64,000 bases of DNA from a virus (taxonomy: Duplodnaviria; Caudoviricetes), in the IMG/VR virus record IMGVR_UViG_3300014205_000175, positions 64,001 through 128,000 of that record; one strand, 5' to 3'. The translations under genes and the position numbers were made by a program. Below are positions 17,776 through 28,561 of the stretch, in pieces (the stretch's first letter is position 1; each line of letters begins with the position of its first letter). The notes beneath the pieces were generated by a model that was not told where the DNA came from, ran no database searches, and saw only the letters and a list, made by a program, of their open reading frames with translations.

Positions 17776-20373
17776 ATGCGCGATAGCTTGGTTGACTATG
17801 CTGTCAAAAATATCTGGTGTAATCCCAGACAAGACAGCCAGTTTGTACTGAAACCGAAACGCATCAGTGCTCATGAGGGAGTAACTCAGCAGGTGCGAGT
17901 GTTAGGTCGGCTATTGAAGCTACCTAACACTACAGGACGTTGGCATCTTTATCAGATCGGACAAGCAAGTCCTGATACGTTCAATATCTACCGCGATAGT
18001 CCTGACTGGTTGGTCGATCGCTGGGTGCCGTTCTACGATACCGTCCATCGCCACCACGTTTTCATGCAGCTCTATAGTGAACGTGGTGTTGTCATCCCTG
18101 GGCATAAGTGCTGGACGATGTATATGGATGAACGTAACATCATCGTCGCTGTCGAAGAAGCCAATCGCATACCTTTCGACTATCGCCAGGCTGATGTGTA
18201 TCTGCGTATCTATCAGAATGCCTATTTTGAAAGCATTCGTGCTACTGGCGACACTATGATCACTGCGAGCGGCGGTACACCTGTCAATATCGCTGAGATT
18301 CTAGCACTGCAGACGCGTTACCTAGAGTTCAAAACACGTCCCGGTTACTGCTTTAGCTATGTCAATGGCTTACTCGTTGACAGTATCGATTTATACAACG
18401 TCAGAGTCGGCGATCAAGTCGAAATGATTCATGACGCTTCAGTAGCCCGTGTGGTTACTTTTCAACTCAAGAACCTACCCACTTTTGTCAGTGAAAAAGA
18501 CAGTAGTCGCAAATATCTGCTCAGCTACCCTTTCACGGATCGTAACACTATAGAGTACTTCGATGATCAAGAAATCTTTGTTGTCAGCACGCCGTCGACG
18601 CGCTTCAAAGGCGTTTATGTCTATCGCCACGATCCTCGAACCGTTCGTATGGTTACTCATCGAGATTACAGCCTTAGCGTTTCTAGCGTTCTGTATCTTA
18701 CTAATCATCTTAAAGATCTGGTTGAACTAGATGCATCTGGATATGATGATCTAGCCGTACGCCTGATTATCCGTAAAGCGGGCTACGAGCGCACGCTGGT
18801 GTATGAGAATAGTCGCATGCATGAGCTCTATAAACTCGACTATGATAACGTGTTAGATGCAGTGATAGGAACAGGCGATACGTTACCGATGTGGCGCTGT
18901 AGTGCATTGGAAAATAGTCCTTATACTGCACTGATGGCTGCTCGTGCCGAAGAGATTACGCGTGAGCACGTAGTAGCCACGCTCGGGTATAATGCCATGA
19001 GTTGTCTGATGGGATACACTCCGGTGAAACTACTAGCGAATGAATCCAACCGCATCATCGCGCTACCCGAGCTGCTACGACATGATGCCACCATCTATGA
19101 GTATGACGGTGATGGGTTATTGATCGATCACTACCATAATCATTACGGCGTGGACTACATTCCGCGTAATTCACATGCGGTGTATTTTGAAGCACTGCGT
19201 GGTTACAGCACAGATACGCCCGAGGTGATTTTCTCACGCAACGGTATGCTCACGGTACCTACCGCATGTAATTGGCGACTATATAAATCGTACACTATTT
19301 TTAATGATGGTGACAATATCTGGGAAGACATTACCGATAGTGGTCAGTATCAGCTCAATGGTAGTCAGCTCGTACACGGTCAAGATGATGCTGGAATGCT
19401 GCTGATGCTGCGTACCGATCGTAAGTTTCTCGCTTATGATCTAGAGATTCCAATGACTGCGGGGGTGTTGCGCTTCCCGTTGATGGAACAACAAGACCGC
19501 AGTGAAGGCTTGCATTCATATATAATGCCAGTACCAGCCGGAGAGCTCGACATATTCATGAATGGTCGATCGCTCATCGAAGGTATTGACTACATCGTCC
19601 ATTTTCCTAACATACTCATCTGTAACAAGATCTATCTTAATCAGCCTGCTGCCAGCGCTATACAGAAAATCCATGTGCGCTACAAAGGGCTTGCCCACGG
19701 AGCTAGCGAAAAAGCTGACAACACCGGTTTTATCGAGCACGGTGTGCTATCAAACAACCGACGTTTCGATATTCGTGATGATCGGGTAATGCGCATAGTC
19801 AGTGGCGGTTCTTTTAAAACACGTGACGACATGGTGTTCTCCGAGCTTCATCCTGGCGTGAGCATCGTTAACGCTTTGAATGGCCAGCCGTACATGATCA
19901 AAGACATCGTCGTGCCGCTTCGCGAAGTGGTTGATGTTGACACTTATGTGCTGCGTGATGCTTCGCGCCAAATCGACCATCAGGTGTCAGACTATCTCAC
20001 ACAAGAGATTCCTGAACCTGCCCGTGATGCACTCTCAGCGATCACTCATCGACATATTCTCTATAGTCCGTTTATCTCCCGTCTACTCTACGACATAGTC
20101 ACAGGCGGGATGGCTAGCGAAGTCTATACTGCCAACCTTAGCGACCAGCAGATCATGGAGATCTGTCAGCCGTATGAACAATGGCTAGACTTCGATCCGA
20201 TCAAACGTGATAACTGGAGCGACAACCGTTATGTTGTGATCCATCCTCATCAGCATAGCAGCACTTTTTCTATTAACCTTTTCGCATATCGATTTATGCT
20301 GAGGGTAATCAAACTTTACGCTGAAGGTCTAGTAGATCTATCAGCTTTCGTCACAGTCGAACATGCAGCATAA
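17776..20373 (+). CDS. Virion structural protein (phiKZ gp27-like)
   Basis: 865 aa; N-terminal NIWCNPRQD, RMVTHRDY; synteny. Confidence 0.7.
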   Translation: MRDSLVDYAVKNIWCNPRQDSQFVLKPKRISAHEGVTQQVRVLGRLLKLPNTTGRWHLYQIGQASPDTFNIYRDSPDWLVDRWVPFYDTVHRHHVFMQLYSERGVVIPGHKCWTMYMDERNIIVAVEEANRIPFDYRQADVYLRIYQNAYFESIRATGDTMITASGGTPVNIAEILALQTRYLEFKTRPGYCFSYVNGLLVDSIDLYNVRVGDQVEMIHDASVARVVTFQLKNLPTFVSEKDSSRKYLLSYPFTDRNTIEYFDDQEIFVVSTPSTRFKGVYVYRHDPRTVRMVTHRDYSLSVSSVLYLTNHLKDLVELDASGYDDLAVRLIIRKAGYERTLVYENSRMHELYKLDYDNVLDAVIGTGDTLPMWRCSALENSPYTALMAARAEEITREHVVATLGYNAMSCLMGYTPVKLLANESNRIIALPELLRHDATIYEYDGDGLLIDHYHNHYGVDYIPRNSHAVYFEALRGYSTDTPEVIFSRNGMLTVPTACNWRLYKSYTIFNDGDNIWEDITDSGQYQLNGSQLVHGQDDAGMLLMLRTDRKFLAYDLEIPMTAGVLRFPLMEQQDRSEGLHSYIMPVPAGELDIFMNGRSLIEGIDYIVHFPNILICNKIYLNQPAASAIQKIHVRYKGLAHGASEKADNTGFIEHGVLSNNRRFDIRDDRVMRIVSGGSFKTRDDMVFSELHPGVSIVNALNGQPYMIKDIVVPLREVVDVDTYVLRDASRQIDHQVSDYLTQEIPEPARDALSAITHRHILYSPFISRLLYDIVTGGMASEVYTANLSDQQIMEICQPYEQWLDFDPIKRDNWSDNRYVVIHPHQHSSTFSINLFAYRFMLRVIKLYAEGLVDLSAFVTVEHAA

Positions 20374-20385
20374 AGGAGACAAGAT

Positions 20386-22068
20386 ATGAGTGGTGAAGCT
20401 ATTTCCACTTTGGGCGTGGTGGGTAGCGACGGGGTCGTACCCATTTATGACCCCGAGGCACGCTGGTGCTGGTGGTCGCTGGACGAAATCTATCTAGGCA
20501 CTGAAGGGTCACGTAAATTTATCCCTAAAGTCAACGACTACGTCATGGATCATTCGTCATATACAGTTTATCGGGTTAGACATATTGACCCGGTAACGCT
20601 GGTGGCGAGTTTGGTACAAATCCGTCCGAATGGTATCTCTTATGTTATCGATGAGCGAGATGCACTAATCGGTACGGGTCCTGGTACGCAGTCTGATACT
20701 TACCGCATCTATATCGACACTAGCGTCACGCCTCACACGCTAGCGGTAGATGCTAGACTGAAAGTAGCCGGATCGATGGTTAAATACTGCAAGATATTCA
20801 GGGGTGCAGATCTGTCTGATAGCGGAGATGTCATCACGCGTGTCTACGATGCATCGCAACGCTATACCGGCAACATCGTGAATCTGGAACGCGTGGCGTA
20901 CAATAGCCATGACAACTTCGCGATCTTCACCGTGCCGGTATGCTATACACTAGCCGAACTACCCGATGGTGAGATCGTCACTGCAGTGTTCTACGATGAT
21001 GCAGGTCACGTTGTATCCAAACGTCAGCTACTCGTAGAGAATACGGCATTCATTCGACAGGCTTACGATGAAGAGCGCTATATCACGGCTATCTCGATGC
21101 GTAGCCCATTCCTCTCAGCTACCTATGAGAACCTGATCGAGTTTCCGTTGAACGTACCGCTTACCGCAATGAATCTTATTGGGGTGGTGCATTACAATGA
21201 TGGTAGCACACTGGAACTTCCTGTAGACGGCAGTAAATTCAAAATCTTCGGGCTGGATCAGTATCTGTCTAGCATCGTCGGACAGAAGATTCAGCTGGTG
21301 TTAAGCTATGCCCTGTCACCGAGTGAGTCAGTTTACGGGGCGACTACTGGGGATGGCAAATACATCACCCAAGCCTTTAGCCTGGTGACAGTTGAACCGA
21401 ATAATGCTTATACCGTCAAGGTGTTCGGTTATCCGGAATTTGTCAATCTTTATGAAGGTTATCGCATGCGCTGGTTCATGCTTAACCTCGATCGCAATAT
21501 ATTCGCCGATGTAACCTCACATGTACGGTTTGCTGATAATAGTGGAGGTTTCCGACCGACTGGTTATGGTTATATTCAACGCCATGCTATCAGCTTAAAA
21601 CTCAGCGATGTGTCGGGTGCCTATCGTAACTTCATGCACACTCAAGTGCTCGATGTCTTACTACGAGGTAAACCCGAAGACTATGACACTCCATGGGAAG
21701 TCGCCAGCGAATCTGCTTCTGACGAAGCACTCTATGGTGCTGGCCTAAAAGTTGAAAGACATTATAACTTCAAAGAACGCTTTACCATCCATAGCGGTGT
21801 TGAAGCTTATTCGACCTGGCTTGATCGTGTCTATCGCAACACCTACCCACTCATCAACCGCTTGACAGAAATCGAAATACCACTACCGACGCATTTCGAA
21901 CTGAGGTATCAAGAGCGCACGATGCGTTATGAGATGCAGGATTGGAATAAAGAGCTTAGTCTAGGCGTTGTGCCTATGCTAGGTAGCAATGTTTATATCC
22001 GTTTCATTAAAGTAGCCGGTAGTGGAGATTTGACGCTATCGGTAGCAGCCATGGTAGTAAAAAGCTAA
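20386..22068 (+). CDS. Virion structural protein (phiKZ gp26-like)
   Basis: 560 aa, AAGGAG RBS; synteny upstream of terminase. Confidence 0.65.
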   Translation: MSGEAISTLGVVGSDGVVPIYDPEARWCWWSLDEIYLGTEGSRKFIPKVNDYVMDHSSYTVYRVRHIDPVTLVASLVQIRPNGISYVIDERDALIGTGPGTQSDTYRIYIDTSVTPHTLAVDARLKVAGSMVKYCKIFRGADLSDSGDVITRVYDASQRYTGNIVNLERVAYNSHDNFAIFTVPVCYTLAELPDGEIVTAVFYDDAGHVVSKRQLLVENTAFIRQAYDEERYITAISMRSPFLSATYENLIEFPLNVPLTAMNLIGVVHYNDGSTLELPVDGSKFKIFGLDQYLSSIVGQKIQLVLSYALSPSESVYGATTGDGKYITQAFSLVTVEPNNAYTVKVFGYPEFVNLYEGYRMRWFMLNLDRNIFADVTSHVRFADNSGGFRPTGYGYIQRHAISLKLSDVSGAYRNFMHTQVLDVLLRGKPEDYDTPWEVASESASDEALYGAGLKVERHYNFKERFTIHSGVEAYSTWLDRVYRNTYPLINRLTEIEIPLPTHFELRYQERTMRYEMQDWNKELSLGVVPMLGSNVYIRFIKVAGSGDLTLSVAAMVVKS

Positions 22069-22070
22069 AG

Positions 22071-22110
22071 ATCTGACTCTTCCCTCCCGTTAAGGAGGGA
22101 AGAGTCAGAT
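22071..22110. terminator. 17-bp perfect hairpin between convergent ORFs
   Basis: ATCTGACTCTTCCCTCC-CGTTAA-GGAGGGAAGAGTCAGAT. Confidence 0.75.
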
Positions 22111-22485
22111 AGCCGCACCTTCATCTTGTAATACTGCTATCATCCGGTCCAGATAATTTTCCATCAACACGTCCCCGACGATTTTATCCCTGAATAAAAA
22201 ACCACCCCATACATCGATGGTGAGCAGATGATCGCGAATAAAGCTATGTAGATTATCATGCAAGCCATGGTGAATCTCGACGTGAATAAGATAGGTCACG
22301 CATAAGTTCATCCAATGCCTGCGACGACGGTTATGCAGTATACTAAATATCAATAGCTTGCCATCGCTGAGCGTCACCTCTAATCGACGAAAAGGAGTCC
22401 AGGTTTTAAAGTTATCAACGTGGATAAAAATAAATTTAGAGCGGGATACGAAATACCTGAATAAAAATCGCACTGCGTTAAACAT
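22105..22485 (-). CDS. Hypothetical protein
   Basis: 126-aa ORF with GGGGG RBS-like sequence, fills the gap before terminase. Confidence 0.5.
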   Translation of the reverse strand: MFNAVRFLFRYFVSRSKFIFIHVDNFKTWTPFRRLEVTLSDGKLLIFSILHNRRRRHWMNLCVTYLIHVEIHHGLHDNLHSFIRDHLLTIDVWGGFLFRDKIVGDVLMENYLDRMIAVLQDEGAAI

Positions 22486-22637
22486 AGATACACCCCCTGA
22501 ATACTAGCTGCTGGGTACATGACCTGTTGCTTAGTTTTAATAACAGTCACGGAACACACCCACATCATTCTCATACTTTTTCAATAAAGCGAGCGAAAAG
22601 CTATCTTATAGCCGATTTGAAACTAAGGGACGTAAAA

Positions 22638-24788
22638 ATGATACTATTTGAAGAGGACTATCAGACGAAGCATCCAGGTAGCATTATCGACATGGATACG
22701 AGTAACGAGAGCTTCAGAAGACTCGCATTACTCTATCGTGATATGGGAATATCGAATCATGCTTTTCCTCTCGCACTACATAACCCTGAACTAGTAGGTG
22801 TGGACCCATTCGACCCTAATCTCACAGTTGAGCAGATCATTCTCATCGCTGCGGAAGTCAAAAACCCTTGGTATTATTTTCGCGAGATCGCCCGTGCACC
22901 TGGTCGCGCTAGCCCTGAACCAGTTAAGTATAAAGCCCATCGTGGCAACATCGCGCTCTACTGGTTGTTTTTCAATCACGTCTCACTGATCCTAGAGCAA
23001 ATCCGTCAGACAGGTAAATCCTTCGGTGCCGACACCCTCATGACCTATCTCATGAATGGCGGTACGAACAATACACAGATCAACCTCATCACCAAAGATG
23101 AGACGCTACGCTCAGCGAACTTAGCACGACTCAAAGAAGTCCAAGATCTCTTGCCGTATTACCTGAACCTACGTCGCAAGAATGATCTAGCCAATACTGA
23201 GATGCTCAGCGTTAAACTACTCAGTAACGAATTTCGTTCACACCTACCTAACAAGTCTCCGAAGGCCGCGCTAAACGTTGGGCGAGGGCTGGTTTCTCCG
23301 GTATTCCACATCGACGAAGCGGCTTTCATCTATAACATCGGTATCACTCTACCGGCGGCACTAGCAGCTGGTACAGCAGCGCGTGATAGTGCTCGCGCGG
23401 CTGGTCAGCCTTTTGGTACGATCCTGACTACAACTGCCGGTAAAAAAGACGACCGCGATGGTAAATATGTTTACAACATGATCCAACAGTCAGCAATCTG
23501 GAGCGAGAAGTTTCTCGATGCACGTAATGAAGAAGAGCTCTATGAGTTTATTCGTAAGAACTCCTCGCAGCGTGCCGGAGACTCACGCCGCGGAGTGCTG
23601 CGAGTATATGCAAGCTTTAACCATAAACAGTTGGGTTATACCGATGAATGGCTTTATCGAGCGATCGAAGAATCGAATGCCACGGGTGAAGACGCTGACC
23701 GCGACTTCTTTAACCGTTGGACTTCGGGTTCACAGTCTTCGCCGCTGACTCCAGAAATGGCTGAGAAAGTCAGAAATTCCGAAGATAAAAACTACTACAC
23801 CGAAATCTCACGACCCTATGGTTACATCACGCGCTGGTACGTCTCTGAGCAAGAGCTCGAACACGAGATGCGCACCGAACATCATGTCATGAGTCTGGAT
23901 ACTAGCGATGCTGCAGGTGGCGATGATATAGGTATGACAATTCGCAATATCCGCACCGGTGCTGTAACTGCATCGGGTAACTACAATGAGACCAACCTCA
24001 TTACGTTTGCTGAATGGATTGTCAACTGGTTGATTAGATACGAACATCTGACCCTCATCATCGAGCGTCGTTCTACTGGCTCGATGATAATCGATTATCT
24101 AATCGTGATGCTGGTAGCGAAAAACATCGATCCTTTCAAACGCATCTATAACCGTGTCGTGCAAGACGCTGACGAACAAACCGATCGCTTCAAAGAGATC
24201 GCCCGTCCGATGTTCGCCCGTGATAGCAGCATCTATACGCGTCACAAAAAAGCGTTCGGCTTCGCTACTTCGGCAGTCGGAGCCACGAGTCGTACTGATC
24301 TCTACGGTACGAGTCTTAATAACGCGATCAAATACACCGGTGACTCCGTCCATGATAAGAAAACCATCGACCAGATCTTAGGGTTAGTGATCCGTAATGG
24401 ACGAGTCGATCACGCTGAAGGCGAACACGACGATAACTGCGTCGCGTGGCTCTTGTCGTACTGGCTAATGTCACAAGGCAAACATCTCGAATACTACGGC
24501 ATCGATAGCGCTAAGATTCTCTCGCAGTCTAACTTCCGTAAGCAAGAGATCCAGTCTGGTGATGTATATGAGCAGTATTATCAAGAGCAGCTCAAACAAC
24601 AGATCAACACCCTCACCGAACAGCTACGTAACGAACGCGATGACTTTATCGCTCGTAAGCTAGAGTTTCAGCTACGTTCAGTAGTACAGAAACTCGACAC
24701 CTACGATAACGTGCATATGTCGGTCGATGACCTTATGAAGCAGCTCAATCAAGAACGCCAGATCAGAAACCGCATCCATCGCTACTAG
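22638..24788 (+). CDS. terL: Terminase large subunit (phiKZ gp25-like)
   Basis: Walker A IRQTGKS, Walker B FHIDEAAF, TTTAG coupling motif, nuclease SLDTSDA and HDD; likely start MILFEEDY at 22638. Confidence 0.92.
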   Translation: MILFEEDYQTKHPGSIIDMDTSNESFRRLALLYRDMGISNHAFPLALHNPELVGVDPFDPNLTVEQIILIAAEVKNPWYYFREIARAPGRASPEPVKYKAHRGNIALYWLFFNHVSLILEQIRQTGKSFGADTLMTYLMNGGTNNTQINLITKDETLRSANLARLKEVQDLLPYYLNLRRKNDLANTEMLSVKLLSNEFRSHLPNKSPKAALNVGRGLVSPVFHIDEAAFIYNIGITLPAALAAGTAARDSARAAGQPFGTILTTTAGKKDDRDGKYVYNMIQQSAIWSEKFLDARNEEELYEFIRKNSSQRAGDSRRGVLRVYASFNHKQLGYTDEWLYRAIEESNATGEDADRDFFNRWTSGSQSSPLTPEMAEKVRNSEDKNYYTEISRPYGYITRWYVSEQELEHEMRTEHHVMSLDTSDAAGGDDIGMTIRNIRTGAVTASGNYNETNLITFAEWIVNWLIRYEHLTLIIERRSTGSMIIDYLIVMLVAKNIDPFKRIYNRVVQDADEQTDRFKEIARPMFARDSSIYTRHKKAFGFATSAVGATSRTDLYGTSLNNAIKYTGDSVHDKKTIDQILGLVIRNGRVDHAEGEHDDNCVAWLLSYWLMSQGKHLEYYGIDSAKILSQSNFRKQEIQSGDVYEQYYQEQLKQQINTLTEQLRNERDDFIARKLEFQLRSVVQKLDTYDNVHMSVDDLMKQLNQERQIRNRIHRY

Positions 24789-24872
24789 TACCGTCACTCT
24801 TCCGGCCGTATAAAGGTCGGAAGAGTGATTTTACGTTTTTAGGTTGAGTGGTAGTGAAGTTTTTTTCAGTCA

Positions 24873-24911
24873 CATATATATTACGTGAAGACTGCCGCTC
24901 TGGCGTCTTTC
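24873..24911 (+). promoter_or_regulatory. Early-promoter-like motif plus leader hairpin
   Basis: CATATATATTACGTG followed by GAAGAC(T)GCC-GCTCT-GGCGTCTTTC, a variant of the 2872 and 42314 hairpins. Confidence 0.7.
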
Positions 24912-24938
24912 TATCTTCTAATACCAGGAGCCACCACT

Positions 24939-25499
24939 ATGCAAACCATCAAAGTCACCAGCCGCGAAGAGCTTATCAACATCATTCATCGAGCGCCATT
25001 GAACGCAGATTTGAACCATCTGGACGTAAGTGCAGTCACGGACATGAGTCTGGTGTTTGCCGGCAGTCGGTTCAACGGCGACATTTCGAAGTGGGATGTA
25101 TCCCGAGTTACCAATATGAACTCTATGTTCTCTGATGGCTGGTTTACTGGCGATATCTCACAGTGGGATGTCAGTCAGGTAACTGACATGAACGGTGTGT
25201 TTTCATGTAGCCAGTTTAATGGCGACATCTCGTGCTGGAATGTCTCATCCGTCAAAGACATGGGATGGATGTTTGCTGGCAGTCAGTTTAACAGCGACAT
25301 CTCGCGCTGGGATGTCAGTCACGTAACCGATATGCGTTGGATGTTCCACAAAAGTCTGTTCAACGGCGACATTTCGAAGTGGGATGTGGGTAACGTTAAG
25401 ATCATGAAGGCGATGTTCAGATGCAGTCGGTTCAATAGTGACATCAGTCGTTGGAGTATTGGTCCCGATACGGACGTCAACGGCATGTTCGACAAGTAA
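24939..25499 (+). CDS. DUF285/BspA-type leucine-rich repeat protein, paralogue 2
   Basis: About 6 repeats of FNGDISxWDVSxVTDM; AGGAG RBS before ATG 24939. Confidence 0.85.
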   Translation: MQTIKVTSREELINIIHRAPLNADLNHLDVSAVTDMSLVFAGSRFNGDISKWDVSRVTNMNSMFSDGWFTGDISQWDVSQVTDMNGVFSCSQFNGDISCWNVSSVKDMGWMFAGSQFNSDISRWDVSHVTDMRWMFHKSLFNGDISKWDVGNVKIMKAMFRCSRFNSDISRWSIGPDTDVNGMFDK

Positions 25500-25524
25500 C
25501 TTCAATTAACAGGAGATCCGCATC

Positions 25525-25827
25525 ATGAACATCCAAGAACGCCGTGCTAACATAGCCGGAATCATCGCCGGACTGCTGTTTCAAGAAACCGAACACGTCA
25601 AGATCTACGATGTTCATGTGGTGCGGATGCGGCCCGATGGTATCGATTTTAGCCATACCACCGACGAAGGTCACGAAATCGTCTCGATGCGCTCGACACC
25701 AGGAGGGTTGGTGCAGATGTATATCCGCAACGATTCGAGCAGTCGCTGGATCGAACGCCGCGCCTCGGAACTTCCTGCGAAGTATTTCCATGTCTACCTC
25801 CAGTATAGTAAAGAGCTCGCAGCGTAA
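25525..25827 (+). CDS. Hypothetical protein
   Basis: 100 aa, AGGAG RBS, followed by terminator 25832-25887. Confidence 0.65.
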   Translation: MNIQERRANIAGIIAGLLFQETEHVKIYDVHVVRMRPDGIDFSHTTDEGHEIVSMRSTPGGLVQMYIRNDSSSRWIERRASELPAKYFHVYLQYSKELAA

Positions 25828-25893
25828 GTATCGCCTCTCCCACCCCGGCCATTGAGGCTAGGGGTGGGAGAGGCGTGTTTTTTTTTTGGCCTG

Positions 25894-26211
25894 TCAAGCA
25901 GAATTACCTTGTCGCATACGGGCGACGACTGAAGGGTCGTCTTCTCGATGCGGCGGTGCGTCTGGGTCACCCTTACCATGCGAAGCCAGATAAGCCTCGA
26001 ACTCCTGAGCGAGTCGCCGCATATCTGCCACATACGTCGAATCGTAACCCAGCCGCTCTGCTTCATCCACATAAGCACGTAAAGCAGCAGGAGCCGCTGG
26101 ATCTTTAGCACCGAATACCATATTGGGCCACTCGGGCACAGTGCCATCACGGCGCGTTACCAGATATTTCCCTTCAGGTGCTTTGTCACCATATCTCCAC
26201 AAACCAGCCAT
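25894..26211 (-). CDS. Hypothetical phage protein
   Basis: 105 aa, GGAG RBS; GKYLVTRRDG ... KDPAAPAALRAY. Confidence 0.65.
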   Translation of the reverse strand: MAGLWRYGDKAPEGKYLVTRRDGTVPEWPNMVFGAKDPAAPAALRAYVDEAERLGYDSTYVADMRRLAQEFEAYLASHGKGDPDAPPHREDDPSVVARMRQGNSA

Positions 26212-26237
26212 ATCGATCTCCAGATGTTAAAGAATAC

Positions 26238-27464
26238 CTACTGATGGTAGGCGTGTTTGGTGTAGGCTCTGAGGCAGATGTAGATAAATACCGCGTTACG
26301 GATCGCAGCGAGAGTCTGTTCGCTCACGTGCCCGGTAGCTTTACTCACGATACTACTGCCAAGCTTACGCAGTTGCTCTAGATCCGCGCTATTTTCGCGT
26401 GACGACAGTACGTAGCCTTTGAGGTTACTCGTTAACACGATGAGATTTTTCGAGCGATGCAGTACATACTCGTTTTTGAGCAGATAGTTATACGACAGCA
26501 CCAACGACATATCGACGAACTGCAACACGAGCTCGCGTTCTTTGCCGGTGATGTTATCAGCCATCCACTGTAGCACTAGACGAAACGATTTACCGCTAGC
26601 GGTAGGGATCACGCTCTCAACGACCGCCATCAGTTCTTGCTTAATGAAACTGTTGCGATCAGCTAGGGTTTCTAGCACATAGGTTTTGTAGTTATCCAAC
26701 CCATGGATGCGATCTTTGACGATCTCTTCCCCGTCGGCATCGACCATCGTCGACGAGCTACTATGGATCTTGCTACCGCTCTCGTGAACTTTGATGAACT
26801 CCACGTAGATGTTTTTGAGCATATCCTTGGTGCGGCTTTGCAGATCGTTGATCGCGTTGACGATCCCAGCGTCATCGGTATACGGAATGAGCTTTTGATA
26901 ATGTACGCCTTGCGGGTCGACGAATTCTTCCGCGCGATACTTGAACACTTCTTGCCACGTACCGAGTTTCTTGATGAGATAGCGGCCACTCAGGCGTTCA
27001 TACACCGCTTGGGCAGTGTAAGTGTCGATCGGGTATTTAAAGTAATGCACGAGTAAGGCAGCGATCGTGCGATAGCCAAAGATCAGTCCCACGTCCACTG
27101 CCGCTTCGACTCGCTTATGCGGATTCAGATACGGAGAGGTGAGGAAACGATGGATCATGTACACGAGAGTTTGATTGAGTGCATCGGATGAGATTTTAAA
27201 TTCATGGTTGATGGTGTCTATGGTACCAATTTGGCGTTCGACATACATCGCTTCACGATCCATCATCTCATCGAAAAACTCGGCATAGTCTTTCAACGTG
27301 AACCGCACACGGTGCACTCCCATCAAGTTGCCACCGAAAAACCCCATATGTTCAGGGTTACGATTGACGAACTCGATCTGGTAGCGCTTGACTTTTTTGG
27401 CTAGACGAGCGTCGAACTTTACATGAGCGAATAACTCGTCGAACACTTCTTTGATCGTAATCAT
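26238..27464 (-). CDS. Conserved phiKZ-like protein (gp32-like, probable virion protein)
   Basis: 408 aa; FFGGNLMGVHRVRF and C-terminal YICLRAYT motifs; synteny. Confidence 0.6.
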   Translation of the reverse strand: MITIKEVFDELFAHVKFDARLAKKVKRYQIEFVNRNPEHMGFFGGNLMGVHRVRFTLKDYAEFFDEMMDREAMYVERQIGTIDTINHEFKISSDALNQTLVYMIHRFLTSPYLNPHKRVEAAVDVGLIFGYRTIAALLVHYFKYPIDTYTAQAVYERLSGRYLIKKLGTWQEVFKYRAEEFVDPQGVHYQKLIPYTDDAGIVNAINDLQSRTKDMLKNIYVEFIKVHESGSKIHSSSSTMVDADGEEIVKDRIHGLDNYKTYVLETLADRNSFIKQELMAVVESVIPTASGKSFRLVLQWMADNITGKERELVLQFVDMSLVLSYNYLLKNEYVLHRSKNLIVLTSNLKGYVLSSRENSADLEQLRKLGSSIVSKATGHVSEQTLAAIRNAVFIYICLRAYTKHAYHQ

Positions 27465-27949
27465 CGAGCGATGAACTTCATGAAGCTCTCGCGGCTATAG
27501 AAGACGCGATCGGCGTGTTCTTGCGCATAGTCGGAAAGCACACCACAGGGACGCGTGATACGACCATGCATCTCTAGCACTACATAGCGTTTCTTCGCTT
27601 GAGCGTCTAGTGCGATACGGAGTTCATCGAATGCACGCGAAGGCTGCTGGGTAATCGTGTCGGTATCATTCACGTAGACGACTGAGTCCTCAGGTTCTTT
27701 ATCTAACTGTTGATGCACCATCAGAATCGCTGCTGACTCGACTTGGTTGGTTTCATTACTTAGACGTGTAGTGTTCTCTCCTAGTACTTTGAGTAGTGCT
27801 TCAGCATAGACTGAGGAGAGTGGGCCGGTGATGGTTACGGTACTGGCAGCAGTATCAGTAGCTGGTGCGTTTTCAGTAGGTGTACCGATCTGGGTGACTT
27901 GAGCTTGATTGTCAACTGGTTGGTATTTGTTCAGATCTAGTTTAGACAT
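27461..27949 (-). CDS. Hypothetical protein
   Basis: 162 aa, 4-nt overlap with the downstream gene; TITGPLSSVYAEAL. Confidence 0.6.
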   Translation of the reverse strand: MSKLDLNKYQPVDNQAQVTQIGTPTENAPATDTAASTVTITGPLSSVYAEALLKVLGENTTRLSNETNQVESAAILMVHQQLDKEPEDSVVYVNDTDTITQQPSRAFDELRIALDAQAKKRYVVLEMHGRITRPCGVLSDYAQEHADRVFYSRESFMKFIAR

Positions 27950-28561
27950 GTTCGTTTCCCCGTGAGTAGTGTGGCAGCCAGAAGATTTGTTGTTGTATGG
28001 GTTTTTACTTATCTGACATCCCCCCAGTCCCCCCGATTAGGGGGGACAATAGGGTATGGGCTTAGTGGCTGATATAGCAATGGCGGTAGAGGTTATATTT
28101 CTTAAAAAACCCTTGCGCTGGAGGGATGTTTTTCGTCAGAAAAAAACATCCCGATCCTGCTCAACGTGTGTAAAAAAGCCTGATGGCAACAGTAGCGTGC
28201 GTAAAAATTCATGGGGGGCTTCGCCCCCCTCTCCCCCCCATCTAAATACCTAGTTACGTTCGCTGAAGCTCACTGAGTTACTATGTCCAAAGTATCAGGG
28301 TAGTGCGGTATTTTTTTCACAGCGTTTGAAGCCAGTGTAAAATTTACAAGACTCTGCTGCATACTGTGGTACGCTTATTTGGGTGTATGCTGTTTTTTCT
28401 TTTTACTTTAGCGTTAGTACGGGTTTAGCTCCATGTAAAACCGGCTGCCTGATCTGGGTACGAACCCATATTTAATATCTGGTAGTCGCATAGAGAAAAA
28501 CCAGTTAGCGAATATCAAGTGGTAGTAACGTTCGGTTATATTTTAATAAGGAGATTGTAAC

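Noticed and set aside
28056-28253. 65-aa ORF in the phuZ upstream region
   Set aside because: It runs through hairpins and homopolymer tracts and has no protein-like features; probably spurious.
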